Assembly (NCBI GenBank): GCA_028534125.1
Contig: CM052825.1
Coordinates: 24,862,001 to 24,926,000 of the forward strand
Origin: Lama glama
Taxonomy: Eukaryota
Direction of reading: 5' to 3'
Length of the DNA stretch: 64,000 nucleotides
Shown: positions 50,146 through 64,000 of the stretch, one piece after another
Layout of the letters: every line of letters begins with the position of its first letter
Numbering within the stretch: position 1 is the first letter of the stretch
The notes under the pieces: generated by a model
What the model saw: the letters and a program-made list of their open reading frames with translations, nothing else
What the model was told of the DNA's origin: nothing
The model's database searches: none
Made by a program: the position numbers and the translations under genes

Positions 50146-51604
50146 TTTATTTTGCAATAATGCAGAGCTAGTGTTCTGAGCTTCTCTGCCTCCCGGGGTC
50201 ACCCCACAGCCAGGGGGACTCAGAGTTGTCAGATGCCACAGCTCAGGTGGTCACCAGTGAGTGCGGGGGCAGGGAAGATGTGGGGTGAGCTGGGCAGCCA
50301 GGCTTTACTCACAGGAAGCAGCAGCCAACTGTGGGCTGGGGTCCTGGAGGTCCAGCACTGCCCAAGCCTTCCAGGAGATGACACAGCCCTGCTCGACCTA
50401 TACTGTATACCTAGTAAAACCACCCATTCAGAACGTGAGAGTCACAGACTCAAGGATACATCCATAGACCAGTGAAAGGGCTACTAAAGATAAACTCCAA
50501 CAAGAACAACTTAGTGCAGGGTATATCTGAAATACTGAAAGAAAATAATTTGTACTTAATTATTTGGATCTAGTATTTTGGAAGGGGACCAGACATGCAC
50601 TGAAATCTCTCCTTTCTGCCATACATGTAAATAGTGGAAGAAAAGGTCTAAACATAGCCCCGTCTAAATTTTTTTTAAAGGAAGAAGGGGTGCCCATGGT
50701 GATGAAGGGGACCTGGCCAGTGGCCTGCAGAGGGGCCACATGGCTGCAATGGCACTGTCTGAAGTCAAGGACCTGGACGATGCTACCTGCCTGCCTGTGG
50801 CTGGGCTGGAGTGAGTCGCTGGGTGATGGCCAGGCCCAGGGCCCACCAGGAGAGGAGAGCCTTCACCATCTTCACTCTCCACGGCCACCTGCATTCCCCA
50901 CCACACACAAGAAGGCTCTCAGAAGAGAAACCTGAAAAATAGGCTCTCTCATTAACAATATTGAAAATACCTGTTCTTAAAGAAGCACAATTCATAATAC
51001 CAGGCAACACGGAAGTAAAGCTTGCTGTGTGACAAACACTGCTCTGAGCTCTACATGTGTTAATGCTAACCCTCACCCCACCGTGTGTGATAGGAACTAC
51101 TGTTATCTTTGTTTTACAGAAGAGAAACCAGAGGCACAGGCAAGTTGAGAGACTCGCCCCCAAAGACCAAGTTTGACTGTTGCCAAACCAGCATTCCAGC
51201 TCCAGAGATGGTGCTTATCTGCTTTGTTCATCCAGGAGGTTGCTAACCAATAAGAAGTTTTAGAAATGAAAAAGAGATAAAAATTCCAATAGATGGTTCA
51301 AAAGTAAACAAGACCAAGCTGGGGTAATCTCCAAAAAGGATTTAGCCGTGGAATGTGGCTCTGGACTCTGTGTGGTACACCTGTTGGCAGTCCCAGGAGC
51401 AGAAGGTAATGAGAAGGGGACATTTGAAGAAATCATGACCACTTGTACCAGCACTCTCCAATATGAGTGTCAGCCTAGCCACCTCCCTGCCCCTTTCTGG
51501 ATTCTGGGCCCTGGTGCCCCTCAGGTTCCAACCTCTGGCACTGGAAGGGCCAGAGTAGAAATGATTCCAAGAGTGTCTGGGCCACGATAAACTCATTTAC
51601 AGTC

Positions 51605-51610
51605 TTTATT
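51605..51610 (-). terminator. SYNGR3 polyadenylation signal
   Basis: AATAAA on minus after an AT-rich terminal 3'UTR. Confidence 0.7.
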
Positions 51611-52865
51611 GTAAAGAAGTTGCAGTTGGAACATGGGACACTGAAAATACACAATCACGGATTGTTCTTTCAGAAGAGAGAGGGAAAGTGTCATATATAC
51701 AAAAATTGTAAACATGTTCACTTAAATATCCACACATAATTGGTCTATGCTACAATGTACAGGGTTGTCACTCAACTGCAACTCCAGAGGGAGGCGTCTG
51801 TCTGTAAGAATGATATGTGGCAACCGCATTTGGTATTGACTTAATGTGAAAAGCCAGCTTTGAGCAATGCATGAGTACTCAGCTATGCAGAGGGACCTGC
51901 AACCTCAGGCTGGGCCTTAAAATGGGGTGCAGAGTGGGGAGTTGAGGGACTAGTCCAGGAAGCCAAGGTACAGGGATTTGCACGGAATGGCCGTCTCCAG
52001 GGCGTGGTGGGCAGGTGGAGCCTCTCGGCCTCTCTCCTCATGAGGGGTGTGTCTTGCCAGGCACCCAGGTGTCTTAAGCCTCCCACGGGCAAGGTCTTAT
52101 TAAAGGGCTGGGAGAGGGCTGGTGCCCAGGCCTACAGCCATGTTGTGCTCTCCTGGGCAGAGCTGCCCACACCCCAGTAGGGGCCTGGGCCAAGGCAGGT
52201 AAGGGCTGGAGCAGGGCCCACAGACAGAGGGGCTGCTTGTGGGGAACTACGAGGTGAAACCTGAAGACTTGACCAGAACCACGACATCAACCAAGCCAGC
52301 AGAGTCTAGTGCGCCTGTGTGAGAGGAAATGGAGGGAGGCTCCAGACAGAGCACGTGGCCCTCCAGGGTGACCCACCAGGAGAGAGCAAGGACCATCATT
52401 ACCCACAGGGACATGGGACGGGGAACAGTGGCCATGCTTACCAGGCCACGGAGTGGGGGCAGTGTCCCTTCCTCTAGTCACCCTCAGTCTGGGGCAGCCC
52501 CTTCACCTGGCTATGGAGGGCAGCTGCACCCCTGAGCCCAGGGTGGACAGGTAAGCCCCAGGCTGGCTGGCTCCTGAAAGGCATGGCTCCCTGCCTAGGC
52601 TGGTCCACTGGAGGCTGGAGAACACGTGCCTAGGGCTGTGCTGTGCCCTCCTCAGGACCTCAGGCCCTGGACTGGGGACTAAGGGGATGGGAGGAGCTTG
52701 TAGGGGACAGCCTAAGCACCCTGGAGGCTACCCTCTCTTGGCCCCAGACGGCTCACACTGGCCACACCCTGCTGCTGGGCTAGGAGGACCCAAGAGAGCT
52801 CCAGGAGGCCTTGGGCTCTGAGCTGGTGGGGCTGCCTTCGCGCCTTGGTCTGGGCCTGCCCACCA

Positions 52866-55626
52866 CTAGTAGGCAGGCACCTGGTACCCTTTGGGGCTGG
52901 TGTCCAGGGTCTCGGTGAAAGGCGGGCTCTGGTAGGTCTCAGTGCCCTCTACGCCGCTGCCAACCGGGTAGCCTGGGTACGCCTGGCCTGCCCCAGTGCT
53001 CAGCTGTTCGGTGGCAAAGAGCGACATGTCGGTGCCCAGGCGGAACCGCTGCAGGGCCTTCACAGTAAGCGCCACCTAAGGGGGAGTCCAGGGTCAGCTC
53101 TAGCCCCGGCCCCAGACCCCGCCGCCTGCGGCCCGCCGACCACACTCACCCAGCTGAGGATGGAGAAGAAGCTGAAGGCAATGGCGGCCCGCGCCGCGTC
53201 TCCTGCCTGCGTCGTGCCCGGCCCGGGCGCCGTGTGCTGCCACTGGTTGGTGAGGAAACAGAAGCCCACGAACCACAGGAAGGACCAGAGCCCTGCGGAG
53301 GAACCAGCGGGTCACAGGGAGCTCCAAGAAGGACCCCACCCAGCTACGCGGGAAAGAAGTATCCGCCGAACGGAGGCCCCGCCCCGCCGGGACCGGACGG
53401 GTCCCAGCCACACTCGGCTGAGAACACAACACCCTCCCTGTGGCCCCACCCCCGCCCCCTAGGCCCGCCCCTCCTGGCCCGGTCCCGCCCACCTGAGAAG
53501 CCCAGGTCGAGCAGCACTGCGCGGCGACGGTCGCGGACGCTGCTGATCTGCTGGAAACGCAGGTCCAGCAGCAGGAAGGCGGCGCAGGCAAGGAAGGCCC
53601 CCAGGCCTAGCACGACGCCGAAGCGGCAGGCTCCCGCGTTCCCGTTGAAGACACAGCGCAGCTCCGGGCCGCTGTCGGCGTTCACGTAGCCCTCGTTGAT
53701 TATGGGCCCGAAGACGGCGATGGAGAACACCTGTGGGCCGGGGGAGGGTGGCAGGAGGCGCTCAGGGCCCTGAGATGGCCCCCTCCCCACCGAGGCCTGA
53801 GATTTTCTAGCCCAGCATGAACGCCAACGCCGTCCGGCGTGTCCCTGCGTTCCCCTGAAGCACAGAGCCCATCTCTGGGTGGAGGTCTTCAAGACCCCTC
53901 CCTTAATACCTACAGTATTTAATAACTATGGACGATGTGTACCAGTGAGCAACTACTATACCCAGGTGTTGTGCTAAAAATGGCTATGTGCCTTTGCTCA
54001 TGGAATCCTCTGCAAAAACCATGAGGGTGGCATTGTTCTTATCCTGGGGATAATGGGGAAACTGAGGCTCCAACAGGTAAAGTGATTTGTCCAGGATCGC
54101 ATGGCTGATAAGAGCAAGGGCAGATGTTCAAGCTGGCTCCTCCGCACCTTGTGGAGCCTTTAGTGTCTCCCATGGCCCACTTCAGAGTGTGGGGACAGGA
54201 GCTTTCATCTGGACCAGTGATTCCCAAGCTTGAGTCAGTGGAGCCCAGGAAAGTAGATGTGGAGTGCGGCCAGTGGGTCCAGAGGAGCCAGAGCATAGAG
54301 GGGGCCACCAGAGGGACTGCTGCACAGAGGTGTCAGCGGGACCTCACTGGAACCTGCTCTCAGCATTTAAGAGCTGTGAGGCCCTGTTTCCTAGCATGCC
54401 AAATGTGGTAACAAGCACAACTCATGGTGTGCTGGGGACTGTGATTAATATCATCCATAAGAGTATGGGCTCAAAAGGTGACACTGTGGCTCCTGGGGTT
54501 CAGACAAACCTGAGGGCCCTGTGTCTGTGATGGCTGGAAGGTAAATAGAAGGTGGACCACAGTCCTTTTAAACCAGATGCTGCTTTTTTAGCTCTGGGCA
54601 GCCCTATGTTTCTAAAAACAAAACTCCAGTTTCAACTTCATTTCTTTCCCACCCCAGCTCCTAGAGACTGAGTCAAGAGGGGAACCAAGGTGCAAGATAT
54701 AGACATGTTCCCCCTGATTGGTCCACAAGTTGAATCAGATCTGGAACCAGAATGTAGGGTTCCTACTTTTTGGTCTGGCTGGAGTCACTCTACGCAGAAG
54801 ACCAAGGCCCCTGCCCCACCCTAATCACTGGCCTCCTCCTGGAAGATAGGTGAGGAGGTGCCGCCACCCGCTGGACAAAACCCAGAACTCAGCATTACAT
54901 CTCCCATCTCCCCAGCCAGGAGGAGCAGGCCACCAGGCCTAGGGTTACCCCAGTAGGCTAGGCTGCTCCCAAATCGGCCCCCCCAATGCAGAACTCCTTC
55001 TGGCTGCCCCTCTGAGAAAGCAACTCACAGTTGCAACTAGGGGTGCTGGAAAGGGCCAGCTCTCTTGGAAGGAGCCTGGAGGATGTGTGAGCAGGAGAGG
55101 CGGGAGGAAGCTGTCTGATTCTCTCTGCTCCGGGAGCCCCTTCTCATGCTGAGGCTGGGCGCCCAAACCCCTCTGTTAATTCTGTCCCCACTCCTGTGCC
55201 CACTTCCAGGGAGTGAGCACAGGAAAAACGGAGCGACAGCTGAGGAAGGGTACTGAGTTAGACCTAAGGAGGAATTGGGAGGTGGGTGCCGCGGGCGGTG
55301 ACCTCTCAAGGTCTCCGGCTGTCGCCGCCAGCCCCTCCCCCGCCTGCAGGTGGGCGCGCCCTGCCTGGTGACGTCACCCCAACCTGCGGCCGGCGGGGGG
55401 AGGGGCCGGCAAGGATGAGGATGGGGGCGAGGGACAGGGGCGATGGGGAGGTGGTCGGAACTAGGGATGCGAGGCCAGGTGGGATGGGGTATTGGGTGGG
55501 GCAGGGGCTGGGGCCGGGGACACTCACCCAGGACGCGACCCGCAGCAGGGTCTGGGGCCGCCTCGCGAAGCTCACAGGGTCCAGGGCGGCCCCCGCGCGG
55601 CCCGCGCCGAATGAGGCTCCCTCCAT
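52866..55626 (-). CDS. SYNGR3: Synaptogyrin-3 (MARVEL-domain synaptic vesicle protein)
   Basis: Exons on minus: 55626-55528, 53730-53493, 53292-53150, 53075-52866, giving 229 aa (MEGASFGAGRAG...KGYQVPAY) with four hydrophobic segments. Confidence 0.98.
53940..54140 (-). mobile_element. MIR fragment
   Basis: atggggaaactgaggctc...aagtgatttgtccagg core. Confidence 0.6.
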
Positions 55627-55900
55627 AGCCAGCCCGGGCGGGCCGCGCGCTCCTGGTGCCCTCTGTCCGTCTGTCGGTCAGGCCGGCCCCGCCCGAGGCT
55701 CCCCGGGGCTGCTGCCGATGCTGCCGATGCTGCCCGTCTGCCGCTATCACCGCTGCCTCCCGGGAGCGCGCGCCAGCCGCGGCGGGGGCGCGCAGGGCGG
55801 AACCGAGCCCGCTTCCCCCCCACTGGTCCACGCGCACTGAGCTGGAACACTCCCCTCTCTCTGCCCCACCCACCTTCCACACCCCACTCTCACCGCAGAA
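55280..55900 (-). promoter_or_regulatory. SYNGR3 CpG-island promoter / exon 1 with an intronic CRE
   Basis: CpG-dense; TGACGTCA at 55369-55376. Confidence 0.7.
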
Positions 55901-58433
55901 CCAGGGTCCAGGCCCCAGGTCCCCATCAGGCGGCAGGGTCAAGGGGCTGGATCCCCCTCTGCCCCTCACAAGTAGTCAGGAGTCAGCAAGGCAGGCAGAC
56001 ACTGGGCTCAGGCTTTGCTGTAGCCACGTGGATAGACAGACTGACATGGCCCCGCTCCTCTGAGCAGGGCCCTTTCTGATTGTGTAAGGAGGTAAAACAG
56101 GCCCAAGGGCCCCAAAGTCTTCCCCTACAGCCCTCAGAGAAAGGGACCCAGCTTCCTGGCCCTGGTCCCTGTAGACCAGAGGTAGGTTACTGGGGCCTTT
56201 CCCATGACTTCCCACTACACCCTAGCTTCTCAGAGGACTCTAGCCTTCCCAACAGGGAGGGAGAATGGCTTCTGCCCCCAGGGGCCCTTGTCCAGGAAGG
56301 CAGAGTCTACAGGCCAGCATGGGTGGGAGGTGGGGCATCTATGCTCTTTTCCTGTGGCTGGATGTTGTCATTCCAAGGGTGCTCACAGAACCCTCCGCAC
56401 TCCTGGGCCTCCTCAACTGACCATTGGCTGACGTATTTAGTCTGGGGCCAAGGAGTGGGCAGAAGCATCAGAGATGGGGAGTTTGGCAGAGCTGGTGCCT
56501 AGCTGCCCCATGTACTTACTAGGTCTCTGCCACATATCGCCCAGCCCCTGTTAGATAAGGGTTCCTTCCTTCATGTTCCTTCCAGCCAGCCAGCAGGGGC
56601 CCAGATTACTCCCATGTCTGTCTAAGGCATTGAGAAAAGTCTGCAATGGTTGAACATTTAATGCCAGGCATTTCACCACAACCTGCAGAGGTAGGGACTG
56701 TTTTACCCCCATAGTTTGGTCAATAGGCAGGCTGTTTGAGGTCCTTGATCATGGAAAGTAAAGGATTGGGATTCAAACCCAGTTCCCAACCATGCCATCT
56801 GGGTGGTGTGGACAGTGGTACCTGTTATCCCAGATGTGGCCATCCACTGGTCAACTCCATTACACTATACATCCAATCCCATCACCTCTCGCCTGTCAGT
56901 GACAGTCCCCCCTCTTGGTCCCACGCATAATTTGTTCTCCCTTTTACTTGATCATTTACATCAGTGCATAAACGTGCTACCTTCTTGTAACTCAAAAACA
57001 AACTTCCATTCTTCTTTTTTTTAAAACCTCCATTCTTAAGGCCACTTCCACTTCCAGCTGTCACTGCTCCTTTTAGTTCTGGGGCAATTCAGGCACTGCA
57101 TCCTGTCCCTGTCCTCCTGGGAATACTGCCCATGTCACCCTCTCCTCGTGTTCCTCCAACTTCCTGGGCCCTTTCTTGTCACCCCTTCCCAGTTCCCTCC
57201 TCTTGTTCAATCTGTGACCCCTGAACCTTAGGGGGCCCCAGAGCATGGTCCTGGGTCTCTTCTCCCTGCTCTGTGTCCACTCCTTTCATCTCTGTGCTGA
57301 CAGCTGGAGCCAGAACCTTCCCTTAAATTACAATCCCACTTGTCTTAGCCTGGAGGCCCTAGAAAACCAAGTCTGCAGCCAAGTAAGAGTTTTAATGGGC
57401 AGTGAAGCTTCGGGGGAGCCAGGGTTAGGGAAAAAGGGAGGCGAGGCAGGGAAGGAGGGAGAGCAAATACAGATGGTGCTCCTGAGCTCCCACAGCTTTG
57501 CTGGCTCCCAGCATACAGGTGACTTGGGAAAAGCCAGAGAGAAGCTCTGTGCTAGGGAAGGAAAGAGCCGTGACTCCTTTGCTGGTGGCTCCCTGCCTAT
57601 TTCTTTGCATCACCTGGCCCTGCAGAAACCAGCACCCCCATGGGGCCAGTGGGGTAAAGGTGCCAAGGAGACTGTGCCAAATGTTGGCACCTGCCCAGGG
57701 AGAAGCTGAGACACCATGGAGAGAGGTGACCAGAGCTTTACGACCACAGGGATGGGGCACACTGTTGCTGGGCCATTCCAGCTGGGAAGCCAGGAGCCAA
57801 GGCCTAGGAGCAGGTATGGCTGCGAAGATCCAGGAAGGCCCAAAAGCTGAGTCCAGGTCACCCCCAAACCTGCTCCAGTTACAGCCTTTTTGCATTTCAT
57901 TAATACACTGGGCAACTCCATCCTTCCAGCTGCTTGGGCCAGAATCCCGGAGTCACCCTGGGCTCCACCCTGAGTGTATCCAGCGATCTCTCCTACCCAC
58001 CCTTGGGTGAGCTTCCCTCTAAGCTGCCACATGGGTGCCTGCCCTCCCTGCACTTGCCCACACCTGCCTCATTCTAGCTCAGCAGCCAGAGGGACCTTTC
58101 AAAAGTCACATCTTGCTATTCCTCTGTTCCAAATCCTTCCAGACCTTCTTGTCACAGGAGCTGGGTCTTAAAACCACATCTTTCCTAGGGCCTTGAGGAC
58201 TCCTGCCTTGTGACCTCTCCTTGCCTCTTTGACCCTTCCTCGGCCTCCTTGCTGTTCCTGGAACATCTTGACCCACTCTTTCTTGCCTTGGGACCTCTCC
58301 CACTTCCTAAGGAGCCAGAACCCAGACGGGAGAAAGCAGTAGACTATAGAGGGACAAGGGCAGGCCCTGTCCATCGCTGCAAGTCCTGGCACAAAACACA
58401 CCACAGCCAGGTCTTCAGTCACTTCTCCAGCAT

Positions 58434-58439
58434 TTTATT
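58434..58439 (-). terminator. GFER polyadenylation signal (distal)
   Basis: AATAAA on minus; a proximal ATTAAA lies at 58920-58915. Confidence 0.65.
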
Positions 58440-58943
58440 TTGGTCTCAAGTTCACAAAGCCTCTGACAGGCCTGGTACAGCTAGGCAAGGCCACAGGTTG
58501 AACAGGGACTTGCGTGCAACAGAGCTCAGCCTCCGAGGCTTCTTTCCTGATGTGCAAACAGCACACAGCCCCTGGGGCTACAACCACATCTGCTTTCCCT
58601 AGCTACAAGGTTTGGAGACAATGGCCTGGCCTGGAGGGGCGAGACAGCCAGGTCTGTTGCCTTCCTGTTGGGGGAAGTGGGGCACCAGGGTGGCAAGTGA
58701 GCAGGAGGCTGAATCCTCTATGGAAAGGACAGTCTACGCTGCTCCTGCCTCCTTCACCTGCAGCCCCACAGGGTGGTGGCTGAGGAGGCCATCAGGGTGC
58801 CGGGAATGGGCATCTCCACCTCTACCCCTAACTTGAGAGGGGAAGGGCTCCATGGGCAATATCTGGGGACCACCCAACACAGGTGAGACACAACAGGCTC
58901 TGGCTCTGAGGCACTTTAATGAGCGCCCCACCCTCTCTGCTGG

Positions 58944-60860
<1,917 letters not shown>

Positions 60861-61629
60861 GTTGCCCGCGCAACGCCTGCCGGGCCAGCTCGGCCTCCAG
60901 ATGGGTCTCCAAGTCGGCCTCCAGGCCAGCGCGCGCGCCGCCGCCAGGGCGCGGCCACAGGAGCCGGGGGCGCGCGCCGAGGGCGCGGGCGCTGAGCTTG
61001 AGCTGGGGCCGGGGGCGGGGTCGGAGGCGGGGCCGGGTTCCGGCGAGGTGGCGGAGCTCGGGGCCTCGGCCCGCGCCCGGTAAGAGGCAGAGCTGGAAGC
61101 AGGGGTCCGGGCGGCCTGGGTGCGCGCGAGCCCGGACGCCCGGGTTGTGGCTGCACCCCTAGGCCTCGTTCCTCGACCCGAGCCCGACTTGCGTCGTCCG
61201 GGCTTGCGCTCCCGTTTCCTCCAGTAGAAGAGCAGTGTGTTGTGGAAGTAGCGCCGTGGCCGTGCCGCGGCCTCGGGCTGCGGCCGAGGCGACGTCTGTG
61301 TTGCGGCCCGCGATGCACCCATCGCTTTGCTCTGACCGTCCCCCGTGCCCGCGGCTAAGCTCTGTGCCCTCCGTTGGGGGCGCGTTCAGCAGCCGTTTCT
61401 TGGCGCCATGGCAGCGCCGGGCAGGGCCGTGAGCGCACAGAGGGCGGTGCGTGCTGGGGCCGGGGTCCCACGGATCCGCCCGGGCGACTGGCGCCATGGC
61501 AACGGGAGTCAGGCAACTTGGGGCCTGGCCGTGACTGCAAAGGGGACGGTGCGTCTCCTCCGTGCACCCAGCGCCCTCGAATCCTATAGCCTGCATGAAG
61601 TCGGGAGTGGCCTCAAGGATACCTTTGCT

Positions 61630-62260
61630 TCCATACCTGCATTTGTTCATTCCGCAAATACTTGTGTCGTGCCTAATCTGTTCCAAACACAGTTAGGAGC
61701 TGGGCAGGGTGGGGAGCAAGATCCCATCCCTGACCTCCTCAGTTCATAGTCCAGTGATCAAGATGGAAAAAAACAAAAACAAAAGGAGAAATCACACTAA
61801 TAAATATTCAGGTACAAACTCTGATGGGTGCCGTGAACAGGGTATAGGAAATCCAGGAGGCCTCCTTGAGGAGGTGACCCTTAGGCAGAGGCCTGAAGGA
61901 CGGGGAATCAGTTGAGGAGGTCAGTCAAGGCTGAGGCAGGAGAGAGGAGGGTACTGGCCTCTTGCAGAAAGTACAGGACCTGGGGAGAGTGGTGAGAGAT
62001 CTTGGGTGGCCAGGGGCCCACCGAGGTTCTCAATCAACTGCCATGGAAGTTGAGGATTTATTCTGAGGATTGTGGGAAGGTGCTGGGCAGTTTCAGGGAG
62101 GACTACTACCCTGACCTAATCCCATTTCTGTTTTGCAGATTCCTCTGGAGAGTGGATGTCCTGGGTGCGAGTGAGGAGCACAGGCATTGGGGGAGGATGG
62201 ACTCTTGTAGTTGTCCCGGTGAGAGGATGAAAGGGGTTATGGAGAAGGAAAGAAGTGGAA
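61630..62260 (-). mobile_element. L2-like fragment
   Basis: atttgttcattc...aaatact terminus and ggaggcctccttgaggaggtgac...ttattctgag; boundaries approximate. Confidence 0.5.
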
Positions 62261-63648
62261 AGAATCTAGGTTGCTGGGGGTGTGGAACAAGGGTTGTTAG
62301 TTAGCATAGGAAGGGGGTCTCTGCATCCTTCTAGGTCCCTGGCTGTGAGTTAACTGGCCCTTCTCCTGTTTCTCTCCTTTGTCTTCCAAGGAAGCAGGAT
62401 CTCTTCCACCTTGGGCCCTACCAGGCCAGCGGCCCCACTGAGGTTGGCAGGAGTATGACAGCTGGGCTGAAGGCACTTTGCAAAAAGCAGGCCTATGTCA
62501 GCATTGCTCACTGCTTGGGCCAAGACCAGGGAAGGTTTGAGGGCTTCAGAGAGAGCTGCTGGTCAAACAGATACACAAAGGCCTTTTGTTGAGGCCAGGG
62601 TGGTTTCCTGGAGGGATGCCCTAGAGGCTCACCTCTCCCTGGAGTGTATAGGGCAGTGGAAGTCCCAACACAGAGGTGGTGGCCCCAACAGCAGACAAAA
62701 CCACTGCATACCAGGGTAGGATGGGGCCCCAGAAATCTCCCTTATAAGGAAGCAGTTCAGCGTTGTGGGGCACCTGGGCACACCCTCTGTCTGGGGACTC
62801 TAGGGCCTTAACCTTCACTGCCCCCACCCCCCAGTTAGTGGGGGAATGGTCATTCCTAATCTCAGAGGCTTTGTTTGCAATAAACTATGATAAATCATAA
62901 ATTTGGAGGTGACTCTCAAAACAGTCCTGGTCACCACCTCCCCATCCCCCAAATGCTAGTGACTACAGATGGACCCTGTTCATCCCATCCCAAATCTCCC
63001 TACCACAGGGGAACCTACAGGGTGAGTCTGTGGTCTCTCCCCAACACACACAGAAAAAAAAAGAAACCTTACAATATTTAACACAAATTTCCTCCTCTGT
63101 GACTTGGGGACATGAAATAACCTTTCCTGCTACGTGAAAATTAAGCCAAACAAAGGACTTCAAGCCCTTAGTGCTGGGTCATTCTTTCCTGGTGACAATT
63201 GCAGTCACCGCCCCAGGGAGTTCAAAGACAGAGCCAAGGGGCACACCCTGCAGGTGGCTCTTTCCGGTCACTGCTACATGGGGCGTGGGAGGGCAGGGAG
63301 GGTTGGCCAGGCCTGACGTGGTTTGATGGCTCATGCCTCCCCTCCTCCTCCCAGACTCCAGCAGCAGAGCCTCAGGCAGCAGTCCCAGCCCCTCCCACCA
63401 AACCCTGTGCACCTGTCCTCCCACCCAGATCTAGGGGTGCGGTGAGGAAGCTGTGAAGGACCCAGTCAGGGGCAGGGAAGTGCCGCAAACACCTGGTGGG
63501 TCTGGGGCATTGCCGGGGAATTCCAAACAGCCTTCCTGGTGCCCCAGGGGGTACTCCCCTCCCCACGCAGGCAGGGAGGCAGTAGGACCCTTGGCTACAC
63601 CTGGCAGACTCCAGAAGCTCGTGACAGAGTTCTGGGAAGGCCATAGCA

Positions 63649-63891
63649 ATGGCAGGCCACCGACACCCAGTGTCCGTGAGCGGGGCAGCTCTGGTGCAGA
63701 CAGAGAAGCTCCAGGTAGGAACCAACGGGGATCCCTGACGGCCCCAAGAGGGAGGGAGGGAGTTCCTGGCTTAGTCCCTCCATGGTGTCCCCCACCCTTT
63801 CATCCCACAGACATTCGCCTTCTCTGTGAACTGGTCGGATGACAGTGACACCTTTGCACGCAGAAGCTGGGATCAGTTCAGAAAACTCCAT
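63649..63891 (+). CDS. NOXO1: NADPH oxidase organizer 1, exons 1-2 (start of PX domain); gene continues beyond the window
   Basis: 63649-63714 [22 protein letters not shown] (donor GTAGGA) and 63811-63891 [27 protein letters not shown] (donor GTGAGT). Position next to GFER fits synteny. Confidence 0.93.
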
Positions 63892-64000
63892 GTGAGTGAG
63901 CCTGGAGCGACCCCAACTTCCCCCAACTGCATGACCCAGCAATGACCGCCCCTCTCAAGTGCCTGCCCTTGGGTCCTCCAGCCCCTAAGATCCTGGCAAG

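Noticed and set aside
50930-50975. Apparent GT...AG pair on minus downstream of SYNGR3
   Set aside because: Only about 39 nt apart, too short for a mammalian intron, and no flanking ORF.
55037-55969. 310-aa ORF across SYNGR3 exon 1
   Set aside because: Different frame from SYNGR3, CpG-island composition, crosses the splice donor.
60861-61322. In-frame 154-codon N-terminal extension of GFER from ATG 61322
   Set aside because: Runs through the promoter GC boxes of a stop-poor CpG island and is low-complexity. ATG 60860 has good Kozak context and matches the known N-terminus.

Overview
This is mammalian genomic DNA, probably camelid, judging by three copies of a tRNA-derived vic-1-type SINE. 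It is syntenic with human 16p13.3 in reverse orientation. Gene order: TSC2 (minus; exons 1-10, truncated by the window start), NTHL1 (plus; head-to-head with TSC2), SLC9A3R2/NHERF2 (minus; with an internal alternative first exon), NPW (minus; CTG start), ZNF598 (plus), SYNGR3 (minus), GFER (minus) and the first two exons of NOXO1 (plus; absent from the ORF track). I resolved all coding exons by hand to splice-site level, and reading frames are continuous. Main unusual observations: (1) a pure (CAG)24 polyglutamine tract in exon 7 of the ribosome-collision sensor ZNF598; (2) an extra Cys inside its RING; (3) a GC-AG donor after TSC2 exon 9 with an antisense SINE nearby; (4) non-AUG initiation of NPW; (5) an upstream NTHL1 ATG embedded in a ZNF143 motif; (6) an orphan CpG/CTCF element; (7) a nested transposon stack upstream of ZNF598. 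I found no wholly new gene system. Cross-species comparisons are from memory of the orthologues and need alignment to confirm.
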